IMG/VR virus record: IMGVR_UViG_3300016471_000988 | Coordinates: 32,001 to 96,000 of that record | Source of the DNA: a virus | DNA length: 64,000 nt | Reading direction: 5' to 3' (one strand) | Shown: one piece after another, positions 1-9,299 of the stretch | How positions within the stretch are numbered: the first letter of the stretch is position 1 | Layout of the letters: every line of letters starts with the position of its first letter | Notes under the pieces: generated by a model | Told to the model about the DNA's origin: nothing | What the model saw: only the letters and a program-made list of their open reading frames with translations | Databases searched by the model: none | Position numbers and translations under genes: made by a program

Positions 1-124
1 CGGCAGCCCAAATAGGTCTAAAATAAAAGGGTGTATTTGAAAGTGTATAGCTTGTATAGACGTTTGCTGAGTCTGGAGAATTTATAACCGTGACGCCGAT
101 TTGAACAGCCGTAAGCGCCAACAT
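1..124 (-). CDS. 5' part of a probable baseplate/tail protein, truncated by the window edge
   Basis: ATG at 124, 3 nt after the gp6 stop; open to position 1 (MLALTAVQIGVTVINSPDSANVYTSY...); not in the ORF track. Confidence 0.55.
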   Translation of the reverse strand, partial: MLALTAVQIGVTVINSPDSANVYTSYTLSNTPFYFRPIWAA

Positions 125-127
125 AAA

Positions 128-1996
128 TTAATATTCCCTCAAGCTTGCGCCTTGAATATCCGGCGTTACCACCTCAATGCTCTTAAGTATACCTTCAGGA
201 TTATACAAATATGGTATTTTAAAATACGGTAAAACATTACTTTGGGTTATAATGGAAATATCTTCGCTAGGGTTACTGTAAACAGGATTAAATACAAGAA
301 AGCTAAGACCATTTCTATTAATTTGCTGATCATTGATAATACGAGAGCTTGTTATAGATGTAACACCTGCAATCTTCAGGATATCACTTGCTAGTGCACT
401 TAAATCAATTGTTTGTCCAAGCTTAACGTTCGAAGGTTTAAAATAATTAACAATAATATTTGCAACTTGCAATTTAATTTCATTCTCTGAATATAAACTA
501 TCCGGAGCCCGGCCAATTACTAACTTGGTTTGCTCAATAATATCTGGTGTTAATTGTAAATTGTTAATTTCCTCGCTACTAGCAACACCTAGTCCCACAG
601 CAAGATAAACCGGGTCCATCATTACTATCTCTGCAGTTGTCAATTTTATGTTTTGTAATGAGTTTATAATATTATCTTTTAACCCTGTACCGATAAAATT
701 ATTTTTAATTTTTCCACTCTCTAATGTTTGTATTTTTGGAACTATGTAAATATAGATATTGTTGAAGTCGCAACTATCAGCAAAAGTAACTTGGTTGAAG
801 AGAATTCTACTATCACTATTAGGTGCTTTTAGCCCTATATTGTACAAATATCGAACATGCTCTGCTAGGTATTCCCAGTTATTAACCACTCTGACGTCAG
901 CAATAATGTTGCTAAAAGTATTTTTAATGTATGTTTCAAAGTCACGTGTCGTTACAAGTCGGTATTGAGTTTTAAAAACATTTGCAGCGTTATTTCGTAT
1001 ACCAATAGTATCTTCGAGGGGTGAAAATGATGTGCTAGCCACTGGATTCGTAAAAACAAGCGATGCCGCTTGTGTACTGTTAATGTAATTTAAATTGCTC
1101 TTAATATCAGAAAATATTTGATTAAAAGCCTGGACGTTAAATGTAAAGAGTTTGTTACTGTCGAGAACCCCAGGTCCTATCTCGCCCTGAACACCATCGC
1201 TTCTAAGGTAGTATACTGCTACTACATAACCGGCTTTGAGTTGTTTGCCGTTTACATCGTTACCAAATTTTATACTATATCTCTGATTTTCGTTAAACCT
1301 ACACTCAAAACTTTTTCCGCTTGAATCTTCTAAATATAAGTTGTTTACGCGCCTCCATTCAGTATATTTGCCTGTTTCATCTAAAACATATACATGAATA
1401 TTATTATGGTCTATAAGCTCATTATCACCGTTTTCTTTTAATACAGCTAAAGAAAATTCTTCAAACGGTGCCCCGTTTGCAATGTAAAGAGGGTACGGAA
1501 CAAACGAGCCTTGATATAAAAGAGCAGAATTATCAAGCTGGGTTAAATCTTCACTATCATCACTAGTTTTTGTAAAGGTTATATCATTAGCAAATGAATA
1601 GTTAATTCCATTTACTGTAAAATATGAATACCGCGGGATTGTATAGGCACCTGCAGGAAGAGATGCTGGTGCACTCGATTTAAAGCTAAGAACAGCTGAC
1701 TGATTTCCAATTGGATTATAATTGAGAATCTTTACTATACGATTCATATTCTCATATAACTGTGCTTGGCTATACAAGCTTTCGTTAGCTGTTCTATTTA
1801 AATAAAATAATAATACGTTATAGCTGTAAGCTATAATATCTAATAAACTATTAAAATTACTCCCCTCATAAATTTGATCAGTAAAGACGCCACCTTGAGT
1901 CAGGCGCTGTATCATTAATGATTTGAGATTCGATGCATCAAACGCGGCATACGCGTTTAAAGGCATATTAAAAGGATTGCTAGTTATATCTGCCAT
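128..1996 (-). CDS. gp6: baseplate wedge subunit gp6
   Basis: 622 aa; gp6-like N-terminus (FDASNLKSL...EGSNFNSLLDIIAY, LxYxP) and later YRLVTTRDFE motif; next to gp25. Confidence 0.85.
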   Translation of the reverse strand: MADITSNPFNMPLNAYAAFDASNLKSLMIQRLTQGGVFTDQIYEGSNFNSLLDIIAYSYNVLLFYLNRTANESLYSQAQLYENMNRIVKILNYNPIGNQSAVLSFKSSAPASLPAGAYTIPRYSYFTVNGINYSFANDITFTKTSDDSEDLTQLDNSALLYQGSFVPYPLYIANGAPFEEFSLAVLKENGDNELIDHNNIHVYVLDETGKYTEWRRVNNLYLEDSSGKSFECRFNENQRYSIKFGNDVNGKQLKAGYVVAVYYLRSDGVQGEIGPGVLDSNKLFTFNVQAFNQIFSDIKSNLNYINSTQAASLVFTNPVASTSFSPLEDTIGIRNNAANVFKTQYRLVTTRDFETYIKNTFSNIIADVRVVNNWEYLAEHVRYLYNIGLKAPNSDSRILFNQVTFADSCDFNNIYIYIVPKIQTLESGKIKNNFIGTGLKDNIINSLQNIKLTTAEIVMMDPVYLAVGLGVASSEEINNLQLTPDIIEQTKLVIGRAPDSLYSENEIKLQVANIIVNYFKPSNVKLGQTIDLSALASDILKIAGVTSITSSRIINDQQINRNGLSFLVFNPVYSNPSEDISIITQSNVLPYFKIPYLYNPEGILKSIEVVTPDIQGASLREY

Positions 1997-1998
1997 AA

Positions 1999-2466
1999 TT
2001 AATCAAAGTAGTATCCTGACTCGCTGAGTACTCCCTTGAGTCCGAATCCTTGTATATTTAGCGACGGAACATTAATGATCATGAATATATTATATTGATT
2101 ATTATCATAATCAGTTTCAACGTTTACCCTTTCCACTTGTACTCTAGGTTCAAATCGTCTTATACCCGTAAAGATTGACTCGCCTATAATCTGAGCTTGA
2201 GTTACAGATATAGGTACGAACAAGTACTGTGCCAAGTTTAACCCGTAAATCGGGTTTAAGATCTTTTGTCCAGGCATAGTCGTAAACAAATTAAACAAGC
2301 TGTTCTTTATTGCACCAACATCAAGTGATGCTTGTATATCTTTAATTTCTCTACGCTTTAAAAGCTGTGTATTTTGTGTATAATTTAGTTTTAAATCTAA
2401 AGATAAATCCTTGTATAGAGCACCAGATACTACTGATCCTATAGTACTAACGACAATGGCGGCCAT
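1999..2466 (-). CDS. gp25: baseplate wedge subunit gp25
   Basis: YKDLSLDL...AIKNSLFNLFTTMPGQKILNPIYGLNL...FEPRV gp25 signature. Confidence 0.9.
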   Translation of the reverse strand: MAAIVVSTIGSVVSGALYKDLSLDLKLNYTQNTQLLKRREIKDIQASLDVGAIKNSLFNLFTTMPGQKILNPIYGLNLAQYLFVPISVTQAQIIGESIFTGIRRFEPRVQVERVNVETDYDNNQYNIFMIINVPSLNIQGFGLKGVLSESGYYFD

Positions 2467-2471
2467 AAAAT

Positions 2472-2479
2472 TATTTATA
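2472..2479 (-). promoter_or_regulatory. T4-type late promoter TATAAATA (gp25)
   Basis: 5 nt before ATG. Confidence 0.85.
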
Positions 2480-2526
2480 ACATGGTAATTGTTCTAAAAT
2501 AAGCTTAGAAAACATAAGTATTTAAT

Positions 2527-3129
2527 ATGAACAAATTTGTCAAGTTATATGAATCCGCAATAAGCAGATTTACAAGAGGCGGGTTTTTAACTGGTGATTT
2601 AGTCAAATTTACTGATAATGCATTAAGAGATGAGTTTTTTGGTCAGCAAGCACCTAACTACCTAGCTAAAGTAAAATCCTTTATCGATAGTGGGTTAAAC
2701 ATGCGTGTTAGTGCTGTCAAACCAGTAAGACCCTCGACACAACCTGGAAACATACAGAACGAAGCTAGCGGATTTTTAATAGACATTACGTTAGAATTAG
2801 CACCAGGTCTCTATAAAGATTTTATAACATTGCCCGCACATGTCTTACAACATATTGACACTGGCACCAATCTTGCGCCTGTTCCAGATAGCTTGAAAAA
2901 AACAGACAATGTCAACATTAAACCAAAAGAAGTAGACATTAAAAGTGAAGATGAATTAATGCTATCACCACACAGACAAACAGGTACTAGCGACCAGGGA
3001 GATAAAAAAGATTCAGAAGGAGATAGAACACTTAACAATTTTAATACTGCAATACCTAGCTCACCTGCTGTTGGAGAAAAAAGCCCTGCTGTAGAGAAAG
3101 GTACTGCAAGATATCTACCTAAGCAGTAA
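2527..3129 (+). CDS. hypothetical late protein, candidate head-internal protein
   Basis: 200 aa ORF; ATAAGTA 6 nt upstream; N-terminus MNKFVKLYES. Confidence 0.8.
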   Translation: MNKFVKLYESAISRFTRGGFLTGDLVKFTDNALRDEFFGQQAPNYLAKVKSFIDSGLNMRVSAVKPVRPSTQPGNIQNEASGFLIDITLELAPGLYKDFITLPAHVLQHIDTGTNLAPVPDSLKKTDNVNIKPKEVDIKSEDELMLSPHRQTGTSDQGDKKDSEGDRTLNNFNTAIPSSPAVGEKSPAVEKGTARYLPKQ

Positions 3130-4051
3130 TCTCTGATAAAGCAATTAATAAACAATAGAAATTAATCTCTTGATCTAATGCAAAAGCTGATCGGTACATG
3201 TACTCTCCAATAGTTACTAACCATAATTTCTTTTGAGCTTCATTGAGCGAGTAATTACCGGTGTATACAGCATCAAACAATGCCTTCATTAACATACCAT
3301 AATCACCGTTAAATGTCGATTCGTTTTCAATAATGACCTTTCTTACTATCAAGACCTTTTTACTGACTACCAATTGTATAATTTTTGCAGCAAATTCATC
3401 TTTAATATTTAAATCCGGTATTTCTAGAGTTTTTGAAGTGCTGTATTTTTGAAGCTCATTAACACATTTACGGATGTCCGGAAAATATCGTCGAACTAGC
3501 CCTATAAGCTTTTTCTTAGATTCCTCTGTAACAGATACATTCTCACTCTTCAATATATTGTAACATCTCTTAACAACTTCTTGAAGCTGAGGATCCAAGT
3601 CTATAGACTGGCAACGACTTTGCAGAGGTACTATAACCCTATGCTTGTAATTACAAGTTAAGATAAACCTACAATGCCCAGCATATTCCTCCAGAACATT
3701 TCTTAATGACCGCTGAGCTTCAGTTGATGCCATGCCGTCTACCTCATCGAGCAATACAATTTTCTTTTTACCGTTGAAACTTTTAGTACGGCTAAAGCCA
3801 GTAATATCATTTCTTACAATATCTATACCAACTTCAGAACAATTTTTATATATATTTTCTGCATCCAAAGTTTGAATAAGAACTTTTGCAGTTGTTGTCT
3901 TTCCTATTCCTGCATGGCCACAAAACAGTAAATTAGGTATCTCATCATCCTTAATAAAGGATTTAAGGATTTTTCTAGTATCATCAGATAAAACAATATC
4001 ATCTAATGTATTAGGTCTATATTTTTCTGTCCAAACCTTATTTACGTCCAT
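3119..4051 (-). CDS. gp44: clamp loader AAA+ subunit gp44
   Basis: WTEKYRP, Walker A GHAGIGKT, LLDEVD, SRC motif; start moved to MDVNKVW at 4051, just after the dUTPase stop. Confidence 0.92.
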   Translation of the reverse strand: MDVNKVWTEKYRPNTLDDIVLSDDTRKILKSFIKDDEIPNLLFCGHAGIGKTTTAKVLIQTLDAENIYKNCSEVGIDIVRNDITGFSRTKSFNGKKKIVLLDEVDGMASTEAQRSLRNVLEEYAGHCRFILTCNYKHRVIVPLQSRCQSIDLDPQLQEVVKRCYNILKSENVSVTEESKKKLIGLVRRYFPDIRKCVNELQKYSTSKTLEIPDLNIKDEFAAKIIQLVVSKKVLIVRKVIIENESTFNGDYGMLMKALFDAVYTGNYSLNEAQKKLWLVTIGEYMYRSAFALDQEINFYCLLIALSEITA

Positions 4052-4052
4052 C

Positions 4053-4502
4053 TTATTTACCGCTACTGCCGAACCCTTGCGCGCCACGATCTGTCGGTTG
4101 GACTACTCCCCAACCGGTTTGCATATGAATATTATAGTAAACAACTAGCTGTGCTATCCTATCACCCTTTGCAACAGTATAATCTTCATGACCGTGGTTA
4201 TACAAAAGTACACCTAAATCGCCTCTGTAATTTTGGTCGATTACCCCTGGATGAGCTAAAATATTTTGTTTAAAACTCAACCCAGATCTAGACTCAACAC
4301 GAATCCAATAGCCAGGCTCTAGGTATGCTAATTTTAGCCCAACAGGCACCATTGCAGTGTGGAGACCTGGTATGAACTGCGATTCAACTGCAAATAAATC
4401 CCAACCAGCATCACTATCGAAGTTTTTTTTCGGTAGCTGAGCATCAGGGTGTGTCTTTTCAAACACCATTTTAGGTAGAAATGCTGGTAATGAAGGTTCC
4501 AT
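4053..4502 (-). CDS. dut: trimeric dUTPase
   Basis: DAGWDL, RSGL, GVIDQNYRGDL, GDRIAQL, RGAQGFGSSG motifs. Confidence 0.95.
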   Translation of the reverse strand: MEPSLPAFLPKMVFEKTHPDAQLPKKNFDSDAGWDLFAVESQFIPGLHTAMVPVGLKLAYLEPGYWIRVESRSGLSFKQNILAHPGVIDQNYRGDLGVLLYNHGHEDYTVAKGDRIAQLVVYYNIHMQTGWGVVQPTDRGAQGFGSSGK

Positions 4503-4508
4503 ATCATT

Positions 4509-4536
4509 AATATAACATATTGCTTAGTAATATCAA
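4509..4536 (-). promoter_or_regulatory. sigma70-like promoter (dut)
   Basis: TTGATA-N16-TATATT-N6-ATG. Confidence 0.8.
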
Positions 4537-4550
4537 TAGATAAATATATT

Positions 4551-5039
4551 GTGGAAGAAAAAGAATTTAGCGTAAACGATCTTATAAAGGAGCTTAATAT
4601 TAGCACCAAAGCCAGTAAAGATTTAGCAGAAAAGCAAGACCCAACAATAACAAGGGCTAATTTAGAGGATTTTGTACTTAATAGTACAGGAAAACTCGTA
4701 ACCCAAGGTCTTGAAATTGTTGAGGGCGTCAAGGATTATGTAATGAATAATCCAGAGAGTAGAGAAGTTGAAGCGCTTTCCGAGGCGCTTAAAGCGGTGG
4801 CAAGCGCCCTGTCCGTAATTAAAGATATTCATGTTACCCAAGTAAAAATGGAAGGTACAAAAGAACTTAAAATTATGGATATACAGTCCCGAAAAGCTCT
4901 GAAAGAAGTAGACCGTCAAGAAAAAATTTTAATGAGTCGCGATGAAATTTTTAAGAAAATCTTAGAAGAAGCTAATGTAATCGAAGCAGAAGCTACAAAA
5001 GCTATTAATATTACGCTCCCAGCACTTTCCGCGAAGTAA
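4551..5039 (+). CDS. probable terminase small subunit (gp16-like)
   Basis: GTG start 4 nt after ATAAATA; helical pattern LVTQGLEIVEGV...NPESREVEALSEALKAVA resembles the core of T4-family small terminases. Confidence 0.55.
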   Translation: MEEKEFSVNDLIKELNISTKASKDLAEKQDPTITRANLEDFVLNSTGKLVTQGLEIVEGVKDYVMNNPESREVEALSEALKAVASALSVIKDIHVTQVKMEGTKELKIMDIQSRKALKEVDRQEKILMSRDEIFKKILEEANVIEAEATKAINITLPALSAK

Positions 5040-5853
5040 GCTTGCTCTGTGTATCTTGAAGTTGGTTTGCAAGTAAATCCTGGTTAACAGGATTACCTTC
5101 AATACTCATTGTAATGTTATAATTGGGCACATACTGTAAGTTTTGCGGGGCACTTTTAGGGTTATAATTACAATAAAGATCAATAACTTTGTATAGTTGC
5201 TTATATTCGCCTTGAATTTTCTGTGTAATAGTTGGCATGATGCCTTTCATACGCGTAAAATGCTCAGTATCTGGTACTAGGTTATCGCCATGCGCTTTTT
5301 TGCTAGTTGAAACACTGGACTGAATACTCTGAAGATTTTTTCTAAAAACTAGATTAGTTTTTTTACTTACTTCTCCTAAAAGCAGCAATGTTGCAGGGTG
5401 TATTTTGTTAGATAACGAGCTGCCATATCGTAATGGCGCCATCATGTTTTGACTATTAACATCGCTAACCAGCTGCGTGCTATCGTCAAAATAATTTTCC
5501 ATCCTTGCAAGGCCACCTATACTATCACTGAACTGCCTATAAAAAGTACCATCGCCTATTTGCATACGAACTTCTTTTCGAACTGCATTTAAACTATTAT
5601 TGAACTGATTAATCCAATGTGCAGCAAACTGTGGTTCCATAGATCCCATTTTTTTATCCATTTTAACAAAAAAATCTTTTTGTGCTGTTATCGGATCATT
5701 TTTAACCTTGCTTAAATTATACTCAATAGCAGTTTCTATTTCAGGTGTATAGTTTTGCATTGTGCTCAAAAAATTCGACGCTTTCTCGTAAAATTCTTTT
5801 TTGTAGAAAAGATTTATGCTTGTTAATTGTGGATCTGTAGTAATTTTATTCAT
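5011..5853 (-). CDS. hypothetical protein in the baseplate operon
   Basis: 280 aa ORF coupled by an ATGA overlap to the upstream hub-like gene. Confidence 0.75.
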   Translation of the reverse strand: MNKITTDPQLTSINLFYKKEFYEKASNFLSTMQNYTPEIETAIEYNLSKVKNDPITAQKDFFVKMDKKMGSMEPQFAAHWINQFNNSLNAVRKEVRMQIGDGTFYRQFSDSIGGLARMENYFDDSTQLVSDVNSQNMMAPLRYGSSLSNKIHPATLLLLGEVSKKTNLVFRKNLQSIQSSVSTSKKAHGDNLVPDTEHFTRMKGIMPTITQKIQGEYKQLYKVIDLYCNYNPKSAPQNLQYVPNYNITMSIEGNPVNQDLLANQLQDTQSKLTSRKVLGA

Positions 5854-7439
5854 ACAACTGTTGAGGATTGCTTAGTCGATTCTGCAACATAAGGCTTTGT
5901 ACATACAAGATAATTATAATATTGATCGTTTTTAAACACGTGATCGACACGAACAACTAAGTAACTTCCCATAATTTTGTTATCGAAAGCAGATTCGTTT
6001 TGAGAATTATTTCTTTTTATTGTTATAAATTTACCGGCTTCACGGGCTGTTGATCCTCTAGCTCTAAAGGCAATAGTATTGTTATTAAAAATGCTATTTA
6101 AAATAATTTTGTTGCTACCGGAATTTAATCGTGAATTTGGATCAGTGTTAGGGTTAAAAGAATGCACAACATTTTGATTTTGTGTTCTAGTTTGATTTAA
6201 AACTATATTTGTACTAGGTGACTTACCTGCAAGCCCTTTTTGTGTCTGTACTATGTTTTTATTAAACTTTTTCATGCTTTCTTGTATGTTATTTTCTTTT
6301 GCGTCTATTGAAAATGTCTTTGTCGCTGGATCGTAGTTATGAACTATATGTGAAACGACACCAAAAGTACTTGCGTCTGCGGTCATCCCTGCATTTTCGA
6401 AGTTTTCTGCATAAGAATAATCAGGTAAATTATTAGCAAAAATTGATACTTGTGGATTGCGCTGTGGGCTAGTAGTTCCGCCAGAACCACTATTAGGACG
6501 AGCAATAATAAAATTCTCACTCATTCCAGGTCCACCTAAGTCTCCAAAACCTGCATTTCCCTTATAATATGCTCCCTGAAATAGGTCTGTTATTGGAATA
6601 AGACTCCATGCACCGTTTCTATTTTTTCTAAGTAACGCTGGTGGGCAAGAAGGATCTGATTCGCTTACATGATAATCTAGCAAATAGTATAAATCGTCTA
6701 TAGCTTTGTTGTTTGCAGGGCTACTATAAAAAAGCTTAGTTTTGCCAGTATCCCATTTACTTGAAAATTTCGGTGGCGTTAGATCATTAGATAGAGTATT
6801 GGTTAATAGCTCCTTTATTGCTGAGCCTGTATCAATACTACGTTCAGTATTTCCGATTAAACGCTTTGAAGAGCTTGAAGCTTGATTTTTTTGCTGAGAT
6901 TTCATCGTACTAAAATAAGCATTACGTTCATTTAATGTTTGAAAAGATTGCTCGTGAAACATTAGCTTTTTCAACTTTACATTTTTATCTTTATCTGACA
7001 CTATATCCTGAGTCTCATAAATCGAAAATATGTAATTTAATTCGAACTGTGTTCCGACAGAATTACTTCTCGATGTGTTAAATCCTTGATCGTCATTTAC
7101 GCCCATTGCGGGTTTAATATTTACTAATAATAAGTCACGGCCGTCACCTCTAAATCGAAATGGTGTAAAGGCTTGCTCAGGCATGCCCCTAACATCAGTA
7201 GATATACTTTGAGAGCTTTCTAGTGCATCTAAATTATTCTGAAACGTCAAGTATCCAGTCGCAAAAAATGAAGCTAATTCGTCTGTAATAGCAAAATCTA
7301 CTACACTGGCAAATTTAATTCCAGCGCTATCGCCATCGCTGTTAAGAAGTTGAACGTTAAATTCGTAGTGTGTATCTCCTATAGAAACGGAATCGCTCTT
7401 ACCGCTAAACGATAGATTTTTTAAAACCGGATTTTCCAT
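5850..7439 (-). CDS. baseplate hub protein (gp27-like)
   Basis: 529 aa; follows gp53; beta-rich C-terminus (GKFITI...GSYLVVRVDHVF) typical of gp27/late-control-D hubs. Confidence 0.55.
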   Translation of the reverse strand: MENPVLKNLSFSGKSDSVSIGDTHYEFNVQLLNSDGDSAGIKFASVVDFAITDELASFFATGYLTFQNNLDALESSQSISTDVRGMPEQAFTPFRFRGDGRDLLLVNIKPAMGVNDDQGFNTSRSNSVGTQFELNYIFSIYETQDIVSDKDKNVKLKKLMFHEQSFQTLNERNAYFSTMKSQQKNQASSSSKRLIGNTERSIDTGSAIKELLTNTLSNDLTPPKFSSKWDTGKTKLFYSSPANNKAIDDLYYLLDYHVSESDPSCPPALLRKNRNGAWSLIPITDLFQGAYYKGNAGFGDLGGPGMSENFIIARPNSGSGGTTSPQRNPQVSIFANNLPDYSYAENFENAGMTADASTFGVVSHIVHNYDPATKTFSIDAKENNIQESMKKFNKNIVQTQKGLAGKSPSTNIVLNQTRTQNQNVVHSFNPNTDPNSRLNSGSNKIILNSIFNNNTIAFRARGSTAREAGKFITIKRNNSQNESAFDNKIMGSYLVVRVDHVFKNDQYYNYLVCTKPYVAESTKQSSTVV

Positions 7440-7440
7440 G

Positions 7441-7833
7441 TTATAAAGTTAATTTAAAGTTAATTTCGTTAATAATATCTTGGACTAACTCTGGTTTAAT
7501 TATTTTTAAGGTTGTGCCTGGTGCTGGGTATTGTATAGGGTTGTCTATACCGTTAGCGAGAGCAATCAACCACCATAAGTCTATTGTTCGATATTCATTG
7601 TAACTTATAGCCGTCCAAGGCATAATTCTGTTAATGGTAATAGTATAATAGGAATCCACCGTAAGCTGGCCAGGCAAATAAACACTATTTAACAAATTAA
7701 AATACAAAAAATTAGATTGATCGTTATTTTCAGTTGTATAGACTCGAAATATATTTTCATAACTTATTTCAGGATTATCTCCCAGGACTTTAACGTCCCT
7801 TCTAAAGATTCCTAGTGCACTCAAACCTATCAT
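7441..7833 (-). CDS. gp53: baseplate wedge gp53 (LysM-like)
   Basis: WTAISYNEYRTIDLWWLIALANGIDNP motif. Confidence 0.85.
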   Translation of the reverse strand: MIGLSALGIFRRDVKVLGDNPEISYENIFRVYTTENNDQSNFLYFNLLNSVYLPGQLTVDSYYTITINRIMPWTAISYNEYRTIDLWWLIALANGIDNPIQYPAPGTTLKIIKPELVQDIINEINFKLTL

Positions 7834-9299
7834 TGATCAATTCCTGTTTTTGGTAAAAATCTACTTAGCTGACCGCCTAGGAACTGCGCACCAGACTGTC
7901 TTGACGTTTCACCGCTATTTAGTTGCGTATTCAAATTGACTTGATTCCAAGATCTAGACATCTCACGGGCTGCAATATCTAAGAAGTTATTGTTATCAGT
8001 GACCGTGACTACGTTTTGTCTATCTCGCAAGGTCGAATATAGGAAATTTTGAGTCTCCGAAACAAGTGTTCGTAACGTTATATTTACCATGTATGCATCA
8101 GGTATAATTGTATTAATTGTCGTTATTCCTCCACCTAGCGGTACCGGTATATTCATTCTTCTACGTGCTCCAACAAAATTTATTCGCATTTCTTGAATAT
8201 AACAGAAGGGATAGTATCTTAGACCTGGTATTGTAACTTCATATATACATGCCGGGTCAATTAAATCTCTACTACGCCTGTTGGGTCTATTTTGATATGT
8301 AAGTAAGAATAATAATTGCCAGTTTCTAGAAACATCATTAAAATTTGACCACCCGGTATTAATTAAAGGAAAACTAAAGGAAACCAATTCACCTTCTGCG
8401 GCAAAATTATAGAATTTAGGCTTTTCTATGTAAATACCAGGCGCGTCAAAGTTTGCCATTCCGGAAATAAAACCAGCAACACCGCGAGCTCCTTGCGCTA
8501 AGGCATTTAAATTTAGCGGATCTATATTAGTAAAAACCTCGTCCTGATCGCCAAACATATTTGATATCATATTTTGTGTATCGCTGAAATACGGAAAATT
8601 ATATAGAAATTTTGTATCTTCAGTAATATACAATCCTTCATATGGGCTCAAGATACTGCTTCCCAAACTATCAATATTAAATTGCTGAGGTAATGACTTA
8701 CCGAGGTTACCAGCGTTATTAATAAACCAATTTATACCAGCTGCAGGCGTATCTACTCCTAAATTATATCCTAGTGCGGCACCCGCTAAAGTTGCACCTG
8801 TTGCAATACTTCCACCAGCAGCCGCACCAATTGCAGAGAACGCTGCAGCTGCTTGTGGGTTTTGTGAAAATAATCCTCCCAGCGTTCCAACTAAGTTGGC
8901 TGTACCAGAACTGACTAATTGTCCTGCTTTAAACGCGCCCAACCCAACGAGTGCACCTAAAGCAGCTCTTTGAAATTCTTGGGGCAAGCCGCGCAGGCCT
9001 GCAGCAGAGCCAGCGGCAATATTTCCAATTGCTAAACTATAATATATACCTTGAGCTATCATTGCATTGGTTTTTAATCGCTTCTCTTTCAAAAATATTG
9101 CCGGTACCTCTTGTCGACCTGTTTTTGGTGTTGTTGTCCATTCAAATTCATTAATAACATCAACCATTTGATAACCTGGACTATCTTGTGAAAGATAATT
9201 TGCCCCGTTACCGGCAATAGGACCTACTGGTACAACGCGGGGTGCACCTTGAAGCTGTGGAAAAGGTTCTGAAAAATTTCTAAATGTATATAAGTTCAT
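7830..9299 (-). CDS. baseplate tail-tube cap (gp48-like) with Gly/Ala-rich hydrophobic insertion
   Basis: position before gp53; tube-fold-like C-terminus (FSFPLIN...PACIYEVTIPG...IQEMRINF). Confidence 0.5.
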   Translation of the reverse strand: MNLYTFRNFSEPFPQLQGAPRVVPVGPIAGNGANYLSQDSPGYQMVDVINEFEWTTTPKTGRQEVPAIFLKEKRLKTNAMIAQGIYYSLAIGNIAAGSAAGLRGLPQEFQRAALGALVGLGAFKAGQLVSSGTANLVGTLGGLFSQNPQAAAAFSAIGAAAGGSIATGATLAGAALGYNLGVDTPAAGINWFINNAGNLGKSLPQQFNIDSLGSSILSPYEGLYITEDTKFLYNFPYFSDTQNMISNMFGDQDEVFTNIDPLNLNALAQGARGVAGFISGMANFDAPGIYIEKPKFYNFAAEGELVSFSFPLINTGWSNFNDVSRNWQLLFLLTYQNRPNRRSRDLIDPACIYEVTIPGLRYYPFCYIQEMRINFVGARRRMNIPVPLGGGITTINTIIPDAYMVNITLRTLVSETQNFLYSTLRDRQNVVTVTDNNNFLDIAAREMSRSWNQVNLNTQLNSGETSRQSGAQFLGGQLSRFLPKTGIDQ

